A DNA stretch of 64,000 nt from Squalus acanthias (GCA_030390025.1 CM059449.1:35898001-35962000), one strand, 5' to 3'. Positions 38,270 to 52,239 are shown, numbered from the stretch's first letter. The notes: generated from the sequence alone by a model not told the origin. Numbers and translations: made by a program.

Positions 38270-38960
38270 GTAAAAGGTGTACAACATCGTACAGGGTGCA
38301 GCCATTGATTGTAAAGTAATTCAAAACTATACAGGGTGCGCTTTCAGTCAGTGTAAAATCAGTATAAAATCGGTGTGTAATCTCGCGGGGGCGGGGCGGG
38401 CGATTCATTGATATAAAACCAGGGCAAAAACATTCCGGGGGGTGGGGAGGCATTCATAATCACTGCTAAATCATACAAGGAATGAATTTATTAGATTTAT
38501 GTAATTAAAATAAAATCAGACAGGGAATGCATTCATTACCTTTAGACAGTAAAAAACATTCAGGGACTGCATTCCGTTAGAGTTAAATCAGAATTAAATC
38601 ACACAGAGAATTAATTTATTAGGAACAAAATCAGATCAAAATCACAGAGGGGTGCATTCAGTAAGTGTAAAATCAGAACACAATCACACACACAGTTCAT
38701 TCAAGTGTAAAAGTAGCGTAAAATCGTACCCGGGGTGCAGTCATTTGGTATAAAATTAATACAACTTATGCAATGGGCGCTTTGAATTGGCTAAAAATCA
38801 GTAATAAATCAGACGGGGACGATTCATTAGGTATGGTTTCAGTACAAAGCCTTTCAGAGGCGCTTTCATCAGGTTTGTAATTCAATACAAAACGAGGGAA
38901 GGGTGCATTCATTCGGTGTAAATCAACACAATACCACAGAGGGGATGCTTCCATTTGATG
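38270..38960. repeat. Degenerate ~40-45-bp tandem array (cagggtgcattcattagtgtaaaatcag-like)
   Basis: Recurring g(g)tgcattca(t)..gtgtaaaatca motifs at regular spacing. Confidence 0.6.
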
Positions 38961-39059
38961 TGCAATTAGATCAAAAAGGTAGGAGCGAGAGAGAGAAATA
39001 AATGAGTGAATAATTCTAGAGTCACAAAAGTCAAAGAGGAAAACCAGACAGATTTAGTA

Positions 39060-39400
39060 AAAGAGAGGAGAGGTGCGGAATATAAGGAGAGGAGAGAGAA
39101 GCGGGGATGAGAGGAGAGGAGAGCAGAGGCGAGGAGACGAGTGGAGAAGAGAGGGCAGGAGAGCAAAAGAGACGAGAGAGGAAAGTAGAGGAGAGCAGAG
39201 GAGAGCGGAATAGAAGAGAGCAGAAAGTAGAGGAGAGGAGCGTACAGGAGCAATGGGAGGAGAGGAGAGAGGAAAGGAGGAGAGGAGAGGAAATGGGAGC
39301 AGAGGAGAGGAGAGGATAGGGCATGGAGGAAAAGGAGAGCGCATGGAGTGAAAGGAGAGAGAGGGCTGATGTAAATGACTGGAAAGGAAAGAGATAAAGT
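39060..39400. repeat. GA-rich low-complexity tract (gagga-like units)
   Basis: Purine-rich imperfect pentamer repeat. Confidence 0.9.
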
Positions 39401-40069
39401 GAACAGAAGTGAATAAGATGTAAATTGCGTGGATCAAAGATTCCAGTGAATACGGAGTTAGATTTTGCTGGACCTGCTCCAGTGTCTTTAGGATCACCTG
39501 GGCCCAGTCAATCCAAATCTGCCACCAATTCCAGATTGTCACCTGCTCCAAACCTGTTGAAACCCGCCGATTTGCTGCCAACTCCGCCTCTGTTACAACA
39601 TCCAGATCCGCCACCAAAACTTTTCTTACAGCACCTCATAGGCTTTTAGTGTAACCTGGCATCTGGAAGTGAAAGAGAGATCGGAGATATATCAGCAGCA
39701 TTATACGAAGCGACAGATTGTTAAGTATTCAATTTGTCTGATGTTACAATTGTTAATTAGCTGTTACAATATCATGTTTGGAACCTATGCAGTCACTTGT
39801 TCATGGTGGTGGTGACCTATTCTGCCTTGTCTTCTGGCTGCTTATAGTGAGCGCCCCCTCGGGGATATGGTTAGTGTTACAATGACAAGTCCAATCCACA
39901 CCTCCTAGTATCTGCTGTGAGGTGCAGGTCTCTCGATATAGTGAGAAGATGTGGACCGGGCTTCTGGCGTTCTACTCTAAACCTAGAAATTCGTCTCGAG
40001 CAGCGGCGAAAAACGGGTGGTGTCGGATCCAACGCCCGTTTTTTGCAGCGCCTGATATTACAGTCATCG

Positions 40070-42700
40070 TATCATAGAATGGTTACAGCACGGAAGATGG
40101 CCATTCGGCCCGTCGAGCCCGTGCCGACTCTCAGCTAGTCCCACTCCCCTGCCCTTTCCCCGTAGCCCTGCATTGTTTCCTTCAGATACTTATCCAACTC
40201 ACTTTTGAAAGATAAAATTGAGTCTGCCTCCACCACCCTTTCAGGGAGTGCATTCCAGATTTTAACCACTCGCTGCGTAAATAAGCTTTCTTCCATCGAC
40301 TTTGGTTCTTTTGCCAATCACCTTAAATCTGTGTCCTTTGGTTCTCGACCCTTCTGCCAATGGGAACAGTTTCTCTCTATCTACACTGTCCAGGTCCCTC
40401 ATGATTTTGAACACCTCTATCAAATCTCCTCTTAAACTTCTCTGCTCCAAGGAGAACAACCCCAGCTTCTCCAGTCTATCAACGTAACTGAAGTCCCTCA
40501 TTCCTAGTATATTTTCTGCCTTTTTAACTGCTTTCTCAACCTGCCCTGCCACCTTCAACGATTTATGCACACAGCCCCGCAGGTCTCTCTGTTTGTACAC
40601 CTCCTTTAGGATAGTACCATTTAGTTTATATGTCCTCTCCTCATTCTTTCTAACAAAATGCATCACTTCACACTTTTCTGCGTTAACTTTCATCTGCCAC
40701 ATATCCACCCACTCCACCAGCCTGTCTATATCATCCTGAAGTCTATCACTCTCCTCGTCACTGTTCACTGTACTTCCAAGTTTTGTATCAAATGCAAATT
40801 TTGAAATTGTGCCCTGCACACCCACGTCCAAGTCATTAATATATATCAAAAAAGCAGTGGTCTTAGAATCGACCCCTGGGGAACACCACTGTATACCTTC
40901 CACCAGTCCGATAAACAACCGTTCACCACTACTCTCTGTTTCCTGTCACTTTGCCAATTTCTTATCCATGCTGCCGCTGTCCCTTTCAGTCCATGGGCTT
41001 CAATTTTGCTGGCAAGCCTATTTCGTTGCATTTTGTAGAACGCCTTTTGAAAATCCATGTACATTAGGTCAACCACATTACCCTCATCACCATCTCTGTT
41101 ACCTCAGCAAAAAACTCGATCAAGTTGGTTAAGTACGATTTGCCTTTAACAAATCCGTGCTGGCTTTCCTTAATTAATCCACCCCTATACAAGTGATTTG
41201 ATTTTGTCCCTGATTTCTGTTTCTGAAAGCCTCCACACTACCGCGGTTAAATTGACTGGCCTCTCGTTGCTGGGTTTAACTTTACACCCTTTTTTGAACA
41301 ATGGTTTAACATTTGCAATTCTCCTGTCCTCTTGCACCACCCCCGTATCTATGGAGGATTGGAATATTATGACCAGTACCTCTGCGATTTTCACCCTGCA
41401 TTTCTTCAGCATCCTAGGATGCACCCCATCTGCTCCTGGTGATGTATCTACTTTAAGTACAGCCAGCCTTTATAATACCTCTTCTTTATCAATTTTCATC
41501 CTATCAAGTGTCTCTACTACCTCCTCCTTCACAATGTCTATGGCAGCATCCTCTTCCTTGGTAAAGACAGATGCAAAGTAATCATTTAGTACCTCAGCCA
41601 TGCCCTCTGCCTCCATGTGTAGGTCTCCTTTTTGGTCCATAATACCTTACTATTTCTTACTTCGGTGCTCTCTGCCTCTCCCCATCCTTTGATCACTTTA
41701 TTTCCGCTTTCTAATGTTACATCCCGGTGCCCATCTCGCTGCCAAATTAGTTTAACCCCCCCCCCCCCCCACCCCAACAGCACTAGCAAATCTCCCCGCA
41801 AGGATGCTGGTCCCGGCCTTGTGGAGGTGCAACACGTCTGGCCTGCACAGGTCCCACCTCCCACAGAACCGGTCCCAATGACCCAGGAATCTGAAGCCCT
41901 CCCTTATGCACCAACTCTCCAGCCACACATTCATCTGCTCTATCCTCCTATGTGTATACTCACTCGCACCTGGCACCAGGAGTAATCCGGAGATTACTAC
42001 CTTTGAGGTCCTGCTTTTTAATCTCTTTCCCAGCTTCCTAAAATCTACCTGTTGGACCTCATCCCTCTTTCTACCCATGTCGTTGGTACCAATATGGACC
42101 ACGACCTCTGGCTGATCATCCTCCCCCCTCAGAATGTTCTGCAGCCGCTCAGTGGCATTTTAACCCTAGCACCAGGGAGGCAACACAAAATCCTAGAGTC
42201 ACGTCTGCGGCCGCAGAAACGCCTGTCTGCTCCTCTAACTATCGAATCCCCTGCCACTATTGCTCTCCCACTCTTCTTCCGCACCCTCTGTACAGCTGAG
42301 CCACCCGTGGTGCCGCGGACATGACTCTGGCTGTACTACCCAGAGGAACCAATGCCCTCACCAGTACTCTGAACAGAATACTGGTTGGAGAGCGAGATGC
42401 ACTCAGGGGGCTCCTACACTACCTGTCCTGGTCCAGCTTTTCGATCTGGCGGTCACCCAATACTCCTTAGCTGTGGAATGACGACCTCCTGAAATGTGCT
42501 ATCCAAGTAGTTCTCAGCCTTGTGGATGCACCGGAGTGACGCCAGCTGCTGTTCAAGGTCCGAAACCCGGAGCTCGAGCTCCTCCAGCTGACGGCAACTT
42601 CTGCACACGTGGTTGTCCAGGACACAGGAAACGTCCTGGATTGCCCACATGGCACTGGATGTGCACTCTGTGGGACTGAGCTGCCCTGCCATGCCTCCAT
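40070..42700 (-). mobile_element. Internally deleted CR1 LINE with ORF1 (zinc finger/leucine zipper and SGNH esterase) and RT remnants
   Basis: ECTSSAMW..HVCRSCRQLEELELRV (42453-42692), VHIGTND..VVISGLL..DVLHL (41752-42102), MDFQKAF, SKFAFDTKL. Confidence 0.9.
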
Positions 42701-43289
42701 TTAATAGGCTATTAACTAGCTTTACAGAAACTTAAGACTAAGATGTATCTAATTTAAATTAATATAACATGGTATTACAGTTATTAATTTAATATAGTAT
42801 TAACAGTTACTAATTAAATATAGTATTAACAGTTACCAACCTCAAAGTTTCTGTTTTATCTGTAACCAGCTATTTAAACACGGACCCTGGAAGAGCAAGA
42901 AAAAAAAACAAAGTGACCTTTACCAACCATTCAGTTACCAGCTGTCCAATGACGTCAATGGAACTGAATGTCAGGCGCTGCGTATAACGGGCGGCCGATT
43001 CGCTACCGCCCATTCTGCGCCACCAACTGAGATGAATTTCTCGGCCTGAATGTATGCAAAGGAGGAAATGGGCAAGGGCCGATGGCACACACAAACAATA
43101 ATTTTAAAGGGAGCCCAGCTCCAGTACTTAATACCCCAGAGCTCCAGAGTGATAGAGGTGGGCTGCAGGAGGCTGACCCTGCTAGGAAAGTTGGAACTAT
43201 GGTAAACATCGTTAATAGAAGGGAGGATCTCCTTCATAGCAGCTGTTGAGTCCTACTTTTTAAGCCTAGATACCAGAAACATCACCAAA

Positions 43290-43465
43290 ACAGATTGTCT
43301 GTTCATTATCGCATTGCTGTTCGTGGGAACTTGCTGTGCGCAGATTGGCTGCCGTGTTTCCTACATTATAACAGTGACTACACTTCAAAAGTACTTAATT
43401 GGCTGTAAAGATTTTTGGGACGTCCTGAGGTCGTGAATGGCGATATATAAATGCAAGTCTTTCGT
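43290..43465 (+). mobile_element. Deu-type SINE 3' fragment
   Basis: Matches 7920-8095 (gggaacttgctgtgcgc..acagtgactac..gggacgtcctgaggtcgtga). Confidence 0.8.
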
Positions 43466-43809
43466 TCTTTGTAACTCGAGAAAGAGAGGAATAATAGGGA
43501 GTAGGGAGACAGAGGGATAGAAGTGAAGGAGAAATAAATGCTGGTAGAGGTGAAAGAGAGGTGAAGGGAAAGAAAAAGACAAGTGAATGAGAAGAGATGA
43601 AAGAGGCAAGGAGAACAGAAGTGAAGGCGGTGTAAATATCACGGTTCAAGGATTACAAGAAATACTGGTGTAGATTTACCTCATGCTGTGCCTGTAGTAT
43701 AGCAAAATATAGTTAAATGCCATGTTAAAACTGAAAAGAAGAGAGAACAGTCAAAGATAAAGATACAAACTGGGCAAAGTTAGTTTCAATTAGTAAAAGT
43801 GAACCTTTT

Positions 43810-46497
43810 TTTATTCGGTTACGGGATGTGGCCGGCGTTGGCAAGGCCAGCATTTGTTGCCCATCCCTAAATGCCCTTGAGAAGGTGGTGGTGAGCCGCC
43901 TTCTTGAACCGCTGCAGTCCGCGTGGTGAAGGTACTCCTACAGTGCTATTAGGTAGGGAAGGTTTTCCAGGATTCTGACCCAGCGACGATAAAGGATCGG
44001 CGATATACTTCTAAGTCAAGATGGTGTGTTTCTTGGAGCAGAACTTGGAGTTGGTGGTCTTCCCATATGCCTGCTGCCCTTGTCCTGCTAGGTGGAAGAG
44101 GAGGCGCATTTGGGAGGTGCTGCCGAAGAAGTCTTGGCGAGTTGCTGCAATGCATCTTGTAGATGGTACACACTGCAGCCACGGTACGCCAGTGAATGTT
44201 TAAGGTGGTGGATGGGGTGCCAATCAAGCGGGCTGCTTTGTCCTGGATGGTGTCGAGCTTCTTGAGTGTTGGTGGAGCTGTACTCATCCAGGCAAGTGGA
44301 GAGTATTCCATCACACTTCTTACTTTTGCCTTGTAGATGGAGGAAAGGCTTTGGGGAGTCATGAGGTGAGACACTCGCTGCAGAATACCTAGCCTCTGAC
44401 CTGCTCTTCTTGTCACAGTATTTATGTGGCTTGTCCAGTTAAGTTGCTGGTCAATGGTGACCCCCAGGATGTTGATGGTGAAGGATTCGGCGATGGTAAT
44501 GCCATTGAATGTCAAGGGGCTGTGGTTCGACTCTCGCTTGTTGGAGATAGTCATTGCCTGGCACTTCTGTGGCGCGAATGTTACCTGCCACATATCAGCC
44601 CAAGCTTGAACGTCGTCCAGGTCTTGTTGCATGCGGGCATGGAATGCTTCATTATCTGAGGAGTTGTGAATGGTGCTGAACACTGTGCAGTCATCAGCGT
44701 ACATCTCCATTTCTGACATTATGTTGGAGGGTAGGTAATTGATGAAGCAGCTGAAGATGGTTGGGCCTAGGACACTGCCCGGCGGAACTCCTGCAGCGAT
44801 GTCCTGAGGCTGTGATGATTGACCTTCCACCACGATCTTCCTTTGTGGTAGATATGACTCTAGCCAATGGAGAGATTTCCCCCCGAATCCCATTGACTTC
44901 AGTTTTACACGGGCACCTTCCTGCCACACTCGGAGAAATGCTGCTTTGATGTCAAGGGCAGTCACTCTCACCTCACCTCTTGAATTCAACACCTTTATCC
45001 ATATTTGGACCAAGGCTGTAATGAGGTCGGGAGCCGAGAAGTCTTGGCGGAAACGAATAAGGCATCAGTGAGCAGGTTATTGCCGATGAGACTTTCCATC
45101 ACTTTGCTGATGATTAAAAGTAGACTGATCGTATGGTAATTGGCCGGATTGGGTTTGCCCTGCTTTTTGTGGACAGGACATGCCTGGGCATTTTCCACAT
45201 TGTCGGATAGATGCCAGTGTTGTAGCTGTACTGGAACAGCTTGGCTAGAGGCTCGGCTAGTTCTGGAGCACAAGTGTTCAGTACCATAGGCGGGATGTTG
45301 TCGGGGCCCATAGCCTTTGCCGTATGCAGTGCGCTCAGTTATTTCTTGATATCACGTGGAGTGAATCGAATTAGCTGAAGACTGGCTTCTGTGATGATGG
45401 GGACCTCAGGAGTAGGCCGATATGGATCGGCCACTCGGCACTTCTGGCTGAAGATGGTTGCAAACGCTTCAAACTTGACTTTTGCACTCACGTCCTGGGC
45501 TCCACCATTATTGAGGATGGGAATATTCTTGGAACCTCCTCCCCCGTTAGTTGCTTAATGATCCACCGCCATTCATGACTGAATGTGGCAGGACTGCAGA
45601 GCTTTAACCTGATCCGTTGATTGTGGGATCGCTTAGCCCTGTCTGTAGCATGCTGCTTCCGCTTTTTAACATGCTTGTAGTCCTAGTTGAAGCTTCCCCA
45701 GGTTGGCCCCTCCTTTTTAGGTACGCCTGGTGCTGCTCCTGGCATGCTCTTCTACATTCCTTATTGAACCAGGATTGGTCCCCTGACTTGATGGTAATGG
45801 TAGAGTGAGAGATTTGCCAGACCATGAGGTTACAGATTGTGGTGGAATACATTTGTGCTGCTGCTGATGGCCCACAGCACCTCATGGATGGCCAGTTTTG
45901 AACTGCTAGATCTGTTCTAAATATATCCCATTTATCACGGTGGTAGTGCCACACATGGAGGGTGTTCACAGTGAGAAGACGGGACTTCGTCTCCACAATG
46001 ACTGTGCGGTGGTCACTGCTATCAATACTGTCATGGACAGATGCATCTGCGACAGGTAGATTGGTGAGGACGAGATCAAGTAGGTTTTTCCCTCGTGTTG
46101 GTTCTCTCACCACCTGTTGCAGGCCCAGACTGGCAGCTATATCCTTCTGGAATCTGCCAGCTCGGTCAGTAGTGGTGCTACCGAGCCACTCTTGGTGATG
46201 GACATTGAAGTCCACACCTATAGTATATTCTGTGCCGTTGCTACTCTCAGTGCTTCTTCCAAGTGGTGTTCAGCATGGGGGAGTACTGATTCATCAGCTG
46301 TGGGAGGGCGGTAGGTGGAAATCAGCAGGATGTTTCCTTGCCCATGCTTGACCTGAAACCATGAGACTTCATTGGGTCTGGAGTCAATGTTGAGGAATCC
46401 CAGGGTCACTCCTTCCCGACTGTATACCACTGGGCCGCCACCCCTGGTGGGTCTGTCCTGCCGGTGGGACTGGACATACCCAGGGATGGTGATGGAG
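43810..46497 (-). mobile_element. CR1/L2-group LINE ORF2 (APE endonuclease and RT), frameshifted
   Basis: TYRPP, DFNVHH, SDH endonuclease motifs; GPDNIP, LDIKAAF, VPPGSVLGP, YADD RT motifs. Confidence 0.92.
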
Positions 46498-47392
46498 GAG
46501 TTTGATGGGATGCCAGAAAATGTGGAATGAAAGCTTTACAATAAGGCAATGCAGAGACAGTGGGCATCATTCAAACAGCGGAATATTAATCTACAGCCTA
46601 GACATATTCCCACAAGTAAAGGTAGCTCACCAAAAGCTGGAATTCCTAGAATGAGAATTGAAATAAAAATTAAGATGAGAGTTAAAAAAGCAAGTGACAT
46701 TTCGAATGTAAAAGGAAATCAAACTGAAAAAAAACAGACCGGAAAAGAAAAGATTCGAACTGGTAATAAGAAGTCTGAAGGAAGACTGGCAGGTAAATAG
46801 TAAAGGTTCTTAGGAACAGATTAAAAAAACAAAATAATAGTTAAATAAAGGGAAGGATTCATTAAATGAGCAAGGAAATAATCTTCTAGAGGAAGAAAGA
46901 ATGTTAGAGATATAACAGAAACCAATATTCAGCCCCAATTTTCACCAAGGAATGCGATAGAGAGAGTGAAAGGATATAAGAGGAGGACATGGGTCGATTA
47001 GATTGGTCGTGTGACAGCTTCTGGAACCAGAAAACAGGACAATATTGAGCAAATCCTGAAAGTTGTGGGCTAGTTAAGGAGAAGAAAAATCAATCTGTAA
47101 AGAGCAAGCGCTGTCAGCCAAATTTATAGTTATTTGAGGAAAAGCAAGAGGCACATTTACTTTGACAGTCCTGTGTGTATTAATGAGTTATCACCTCTGT
47201 GAAGTTAGTGCACACAGGAATGTAGGGCAAATAGGTTAAAGTTCATCAGAGAGTGTCTCCGATCAGGAGTTCCACCCTCCTAATAGTCAAGAATCATTGT
47301 AGTAAAAGCAGCTGCCTGATCTGTTTGTTTAAAAGACCGTAAGTAATGTCAGTTATTGTGTAACCTAATTGTCTCACTTGAGATTTCTCTCA

Positions 47393-47404
47393 GATATAAA
47401 TAAA
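47393..47404 (+). promoter_or_regulatory. Putative TATA box of the GPCR gene
   Basis: gatataaataaa about 85 bp upstream of the ATG at 47483. Confidence 0.5.
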
Positions 47405-47482
47405 GGATTGGATTGAAGCGGCTTCATCTTCTTGTCAAACTGAGCTGTTGCCTCCAGCACCGGCATCGTGTGACTCAAAGAG

Positions 47483-50142
47483 ATGGATCGACCAATCCTT
47501 GCCCAGATTGAAGCGGTTTACTACCCGATTCTCGCAGTGTTTGGTGTTCCTGGTAAGTCATTACCATCAGTTGTCAATGTCACTCGGGGTTTACCTGTAT
47601 CACTGCTCTTGTTGATTCTGTGAGCTGTTTGTTTTCACGGGCTTGTTTGTACTGAGATCAATTAAATGTCACCATTTCTAGTGAAACATTAACGCAATAA
47701 CGTCACAGAAATTCCCAGGGAAGCTACAATTGTCTCTGCAGTTTCAGCACCAACAATTTTAACAACTTTCACCACAGTCTCGCAGTACTGGGGGTGGAAT
47801 AGGTCTTCGGCAGCAGCTCGAGACGGACTCACAGAGAATCCGAACCTGTTTCACTCCGCGCACAATGTTTTTCCCATTGAAATAAAAAGTAAAGTATTTC
47901 GGGCACGGTCTGAATGTGCTGCCAATTCACTATCGCCAGTTTTGCGCTACCGTCCGATACAAATTTCACCCACAGAGTCGGAACAGAAGAAACTGGCAGG
48001 GAGAGAGAGAGAGAGAGAAATAGAGAGCGACAGAGTCAGAAATATAAAAATAGTTTAAAGAAAAGAGAGAGAAAAGGAAAGTCAGAGAGACAGAGGGTAA
48101 ACTGAACTCTGCTCGCCACGTGTAAAACCGGGGCTCGCGAGCTGACAGCTTGTTTGAAAACTCGCTGGATTATTTTTCCATTTACTTCAAAGGACTTTGG
48201 TTTTGCTCCCGGACTAAGAATCCAGAGACATGGACCAATCTTCTAAAAATAGTGAGTTCAAATCCACCATGGCTGATCGAGAATGTGTGAATTCGGTTAA
48301 AAAATACCTGGAAATAAAAATAAATGGAGCATTCATAAATTGACCAGGTATCATAAAGAGCCAACTGTTTCACTAATATTCTTTAGAGAAGGAACCTGCC
48401 GTCCTTACCCGTCTGGCCTATACATGACTCCAGTCCGTCACCCACTGCCCTCTGAAGTGGTCTAGCAAGTCACTGAGGGCAACTAGGGATGGGCAATAAA
48501 TGCCAGCGATGCCCACAGCCCGGGAATCAATTATAGTATACACAGTAAAGGTAACTGTGCTTGACCCATTGATTTACTGTTTTCTCCCTATTGCCACGTC
48601 TCGCGGTCTGCCAACTTATGCCTGAACCTCGGGCTTCCTTTCTTTACATAATTGCTTGTTTCTTCTTAGTCCACTATTCCTTCACCTTGGCCAAGATGGA
48701 TAACGGGTTGAGATGCCTTCTGAGACTCTCCAAAGAATCTCAGAATCCTTGACTCCGATTCTGACACCCCCTTTTAATGTTCCCATCCCTTGTATTTGAA
48801 TTCTACACCTTTTCCTTCTCCCAAACCCGTCCCAATTTGCAGCTCAAGCTGTGCTAGTGAGTAGACCTGGGTGTTAAGAGCGCACTTCAGGTTAATACTG
48901 TACATTAAACCCTCCCTCATAGCCATTCTGGACTAAAATACCCTGATAGAAAAATCCCAGCTAAAGAGAAACAGAGACAGAGAGAGATGATTAGAGCGTC
49001 ACAGAAACAAACTGAGACATAGAGAGAGAGGCAGGAGAAAGGCAGAGTGTGAGTAAAACTGAGGGATGGTCAGAATCAGTGACAGATATAGAAATACAGA
49101 GAGAGTCAGAGAGAGAGAGCATGAGTTGAGCAGTAGAAAATATGTGATGTAATTTGATAAACTGTCATTATCTGCCGGCCATTTTGTTTTGACTATGATG
49201 ATTAATTTATTTTTTTCTGTTTTATTGCAGCGAATTTATTCACAATTGTGATTCTCTCCCGTGGAAAGTGCGGTCTCGCCAAATGTATCACTCGATACCT
49301 GGTGGCCATGGCAGCAGCAGATCTACTGGTCCTGATATTTGATGTAATACTGTATCAGATTAAAGAGATTTATTTCTCAAATTCATTCCTGGACTATACT
49401 CTCATCTGCTGTCTTAATCTCGGCCTGGCATTTTCTGCCACTGATTGTTCTGTCTGGTTAACCGTCGCCTTCACCTTTGATCGATTCATCGCCATTTCTT
49501 ACCCGAAGCTGAGAGTCAAATATTGCACCGAAAAAAACTGCGACTGTGATTATAACAACGGTGTGTGGTTTGAGCCTTTTACAAAACATTCCATTTTACT
49601 TTGTAAGTGAAGCTGGTGAAATAATTGATAACATACAATTGTTCTGTGCTGTAAAATCTACCTTCTACACCTTTCCCATTTGGATGGCTTATCTCTGGCT
49701 CCAAATTATTTTAACCCCACTCGCTCCATTCGTGTTCATTGTACTGCTCAATGCTCTGACCATCAGGTTCATTGTACAGGCCAGTCGAGTCAGAAGGAGA
49801 CTCCGAGGGAGCAAGAAGGGTGAGAGTCACAATGATCCAGAGATGGAGAACCGAAGGAAATCCGTCATCTTATTGCTCGCAATTTCAGGCAGTTTTATCC
49901 TGCTATGGGTGGTAAATTTCCTCTATGAAATATGTATACAAATTACAGATACTCATTTCTTCCGAACAGATTACGCAGATCCTTTTACCGTCATGGAACA
50001 CAGTGGATATATGCTCCAGCGTTTGAGTTCCTGCACCAACACGGTTATTTATGCAGTGGCCCAGACTAAATTCAGAGATGCGTTAAAGAATGTGATTAAA
50101 TATCCATTTGCTCAGATGATTAAGTTAATAAAATTAAATTAA
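47483..50142 (+). CDS. GPR139/GPR142-like class A GPCR, two exons (47483-47552; 49231-50142), ~326 aa if one extra A at 49531-49537 is removed
   Basis: Exon 1 MDRPILAQIEAVYYPILAVFGVP+g|gtaagt; acceptor tttattgcag|cg; ANL (TM1), MAAADL (TM2), DRF (TM3), SSCTNTVIY (TM7). A7 here versus A6 in the paralog at ~576-581. Confidence 0.9.
48190..48525 (+). mobile_element. SINE-like element sharing the 3' tail of the CR1/L2-group LINE
   Basis: gagttcaaatcc B-box-like motif; ends gggcaactagggatgggcaataaatgccagcg as at 36890-36930. Confidence 0.6.
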
Positions 50143-50169
50143 TGCACTAAAATTAAACCATGATTCCCC

Positions 50170-51920
50170 ATATGAACATAGGAACAGGAACAGGAGTAGG
50201 TCATTTAGTCCCTTCAACCTGCTCCGCCACATCATGGCTGATCTGTGAATCTAACTCGATATACCCGATTTTTTTCCATATCCCTTAATACCTTTGTTTA
50301 ACAAAAATCTAGCAATCTCAGATTTCAAATTAACAATTGACCTCACATCAATTCCTCTTGCGGAAGAGAGTTCCAAACTTCTACCACACTTTGTTTGTAG
50401 AAGTGTTTCCTAACTTCACTCCTGAAAGGCTTGGCTCTAACTTTTCGACTATGCTCCCTAGTACTAGAATCCCCAAACCAGCGGAAATAATTTATCTCTA
50501 TCTACCCTATCAGTTCCCCTCAATATCTTGAAAACTTCGATCTAATCACCTCTTCCCTTCTAAATTCCATGGAATACAACCCCAGTTTGTGTAATCTCTC
50601 CTCGTAACTTAACCCTTGTAATCCAGGTATAAATCTGGTAAAATTACACTGCACTTGTCCAAGGGCAATATATCCTTCCCACGGTGTGGTGCCCAGAACT
50701 GCTCACAGTACTCCAGGTGTGGTCTAACCAGGGCTTTGTATAGCTGCAGCACAACTTCTACCCCCGTGTATTCTAGCCATCTACATGTAAAGGCCAGCAT
50801 TCCATTAGTCTTTTAATTTAGTTTCTGCATCTGTCCATGACATTTTGATGATCTATGTACATGGGCCCCAAGTCTGCTTGGACCTCCACTATTTCTAGCT
50901 TTTCTCCATTTAGAAAGTAGTCTGTTCAATCCTTTTTAATTCCAAGGTGAATGACTTCACATTTGCCTACGTTGAAATCCATTTACCAGTTATGCCCATT
51001 CACTTAATGTATTAATATCTCTTTGTAATGTTATGCTTCCATCTGCGCTGCTTATAATGCCGCCTATCTTTGTGTCATCGACAAACTTGGATATGTGGCT
51101 TCCTATCCCATCATCTAAGCCCTTAATAAATACAGTGAATAGTTGAGGCCCCAACATAGATCTCGCGGACACCACTAGTCACATCCGGCCAATTAGAGCA
51201 CCTGCCCATTATTCCTGCTCTCTGTCTTCCGCCGCTCAGCCAATTTCCTGACCAGGTCAATAATTTGCCTTCAGTTCCATGAGTTTCAAGTTTAACTAAC
51301 AGTCTCTTATGAGGGACTTTATCAAATGCCTTCTGGAAGTCCATATAAATAACCTTCATAGACATTTCTCTGTCAACCATCACATCGGCAAAAACATTCA
51401 ACCAGGTTCTTCAGGCATGACCTAACCTTTACAAATCCATGCTGGCTCTCTCTGATCAGCTGAACATTTTCAAGGTGTTCAGTCACTCAATCCTTATAGA
51501 CTGGAGCAATTTTCTGACACCAGATGTTAGGCTAACTGCTCTATAAGCCTTTGGTTTCCCGCTCTTACCTTTCTTAAATAGCAGACTGACATGCACAATT
51601 TTCCAATCTAAAGGAATGGTTCCCGAATCGAGAGAACTTTGGAAGATTATAGTTCGGGCATCTGCAATGTTCTCACCTACTTCCTTTAAAACCGTGAGCT
51701 GAAAGCATCTTGTCCTGGGGATTTGTCGCTCTTTAGTTCCATTATTTTCTTCATTACTGTTATTTTGCTTATGTTAATTTTGGTGAGTCCCCATCCCTGA
51801 TTCAATATTAGTTTCCTTGGGATGTCCGGCATGCTGATACAAAGTAATTATTCAATATGTCCGCTATTTCCTTATTTTCACTTACAATATCACCGTTATC
51901 AGTTTTCAAGGAACCCACAT
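50170..51920 (-). mobile_element. CR1 LINE (RT and 3' UTR); appears to resume at ~60577-60640 beyond the nested insertions
   Basis: YMDFQKAFDKVPH, SKFVDDTKIGG, LVRPHLEYCEQFW. Confidence 0.88.
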
Positions 51921-51921
51921 T

Positions 51922-52239
51922 CACAGAATCACAAAATCCCCACAGTGCTGATAGAGGCCATTTCGGCCCATCGAGCCTGCACCGACACATATCCCACCCT
52001 ATCCCCGTAACTTCACGTATTTAATCCCCCCTAACACTAAGGGTCAATTTATCATAGCTAATCCACCTAACCCGCACATCTTTGGACTGTGGGAGGAAAC
52101 CAGAGCACCCGGAGGAAACCCACGCAAACACGGGGAGAATGTGCAAACTCCACACAGACAGTCATCCGAGGCCGGATTCGAACCCGGGTCCCAGGCGCTG
52201 TGAGGCAGCAGTGCTAACCACTATGCCACCGTGCTGCCC
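51922..52239 (-). mobile_element. HE1-type V-SINE (tRNA-derived), full length
   Basis: Minus strand gggcagcacggtggcatagtggttagcactgctgcctcacagcgcctgggacccgggttcgaatcc (A and B boxes); V-domain gtgtggagtttgcacattctccccgtg..tcctcccacagtccaaaga; CR1-type tail. Confidence 0.9.

Noticed and set aside
39031-39617. Leu/Ser/Pro-rich and Glu/Arg-rich ORFs
   Set aside because: Translations of the GA-rich low-complexity tract.
47483-50142. Assigning the symbol GPR139
   Set aside because: Multiple divergent local paralogs; orthology cannot be shown without a phylogeny.
52165-52239. tRNA gene
   Set aside because: It is the tRNA-derived head of the HE1 SINE, continuous with the V domain and LINE-type tail.
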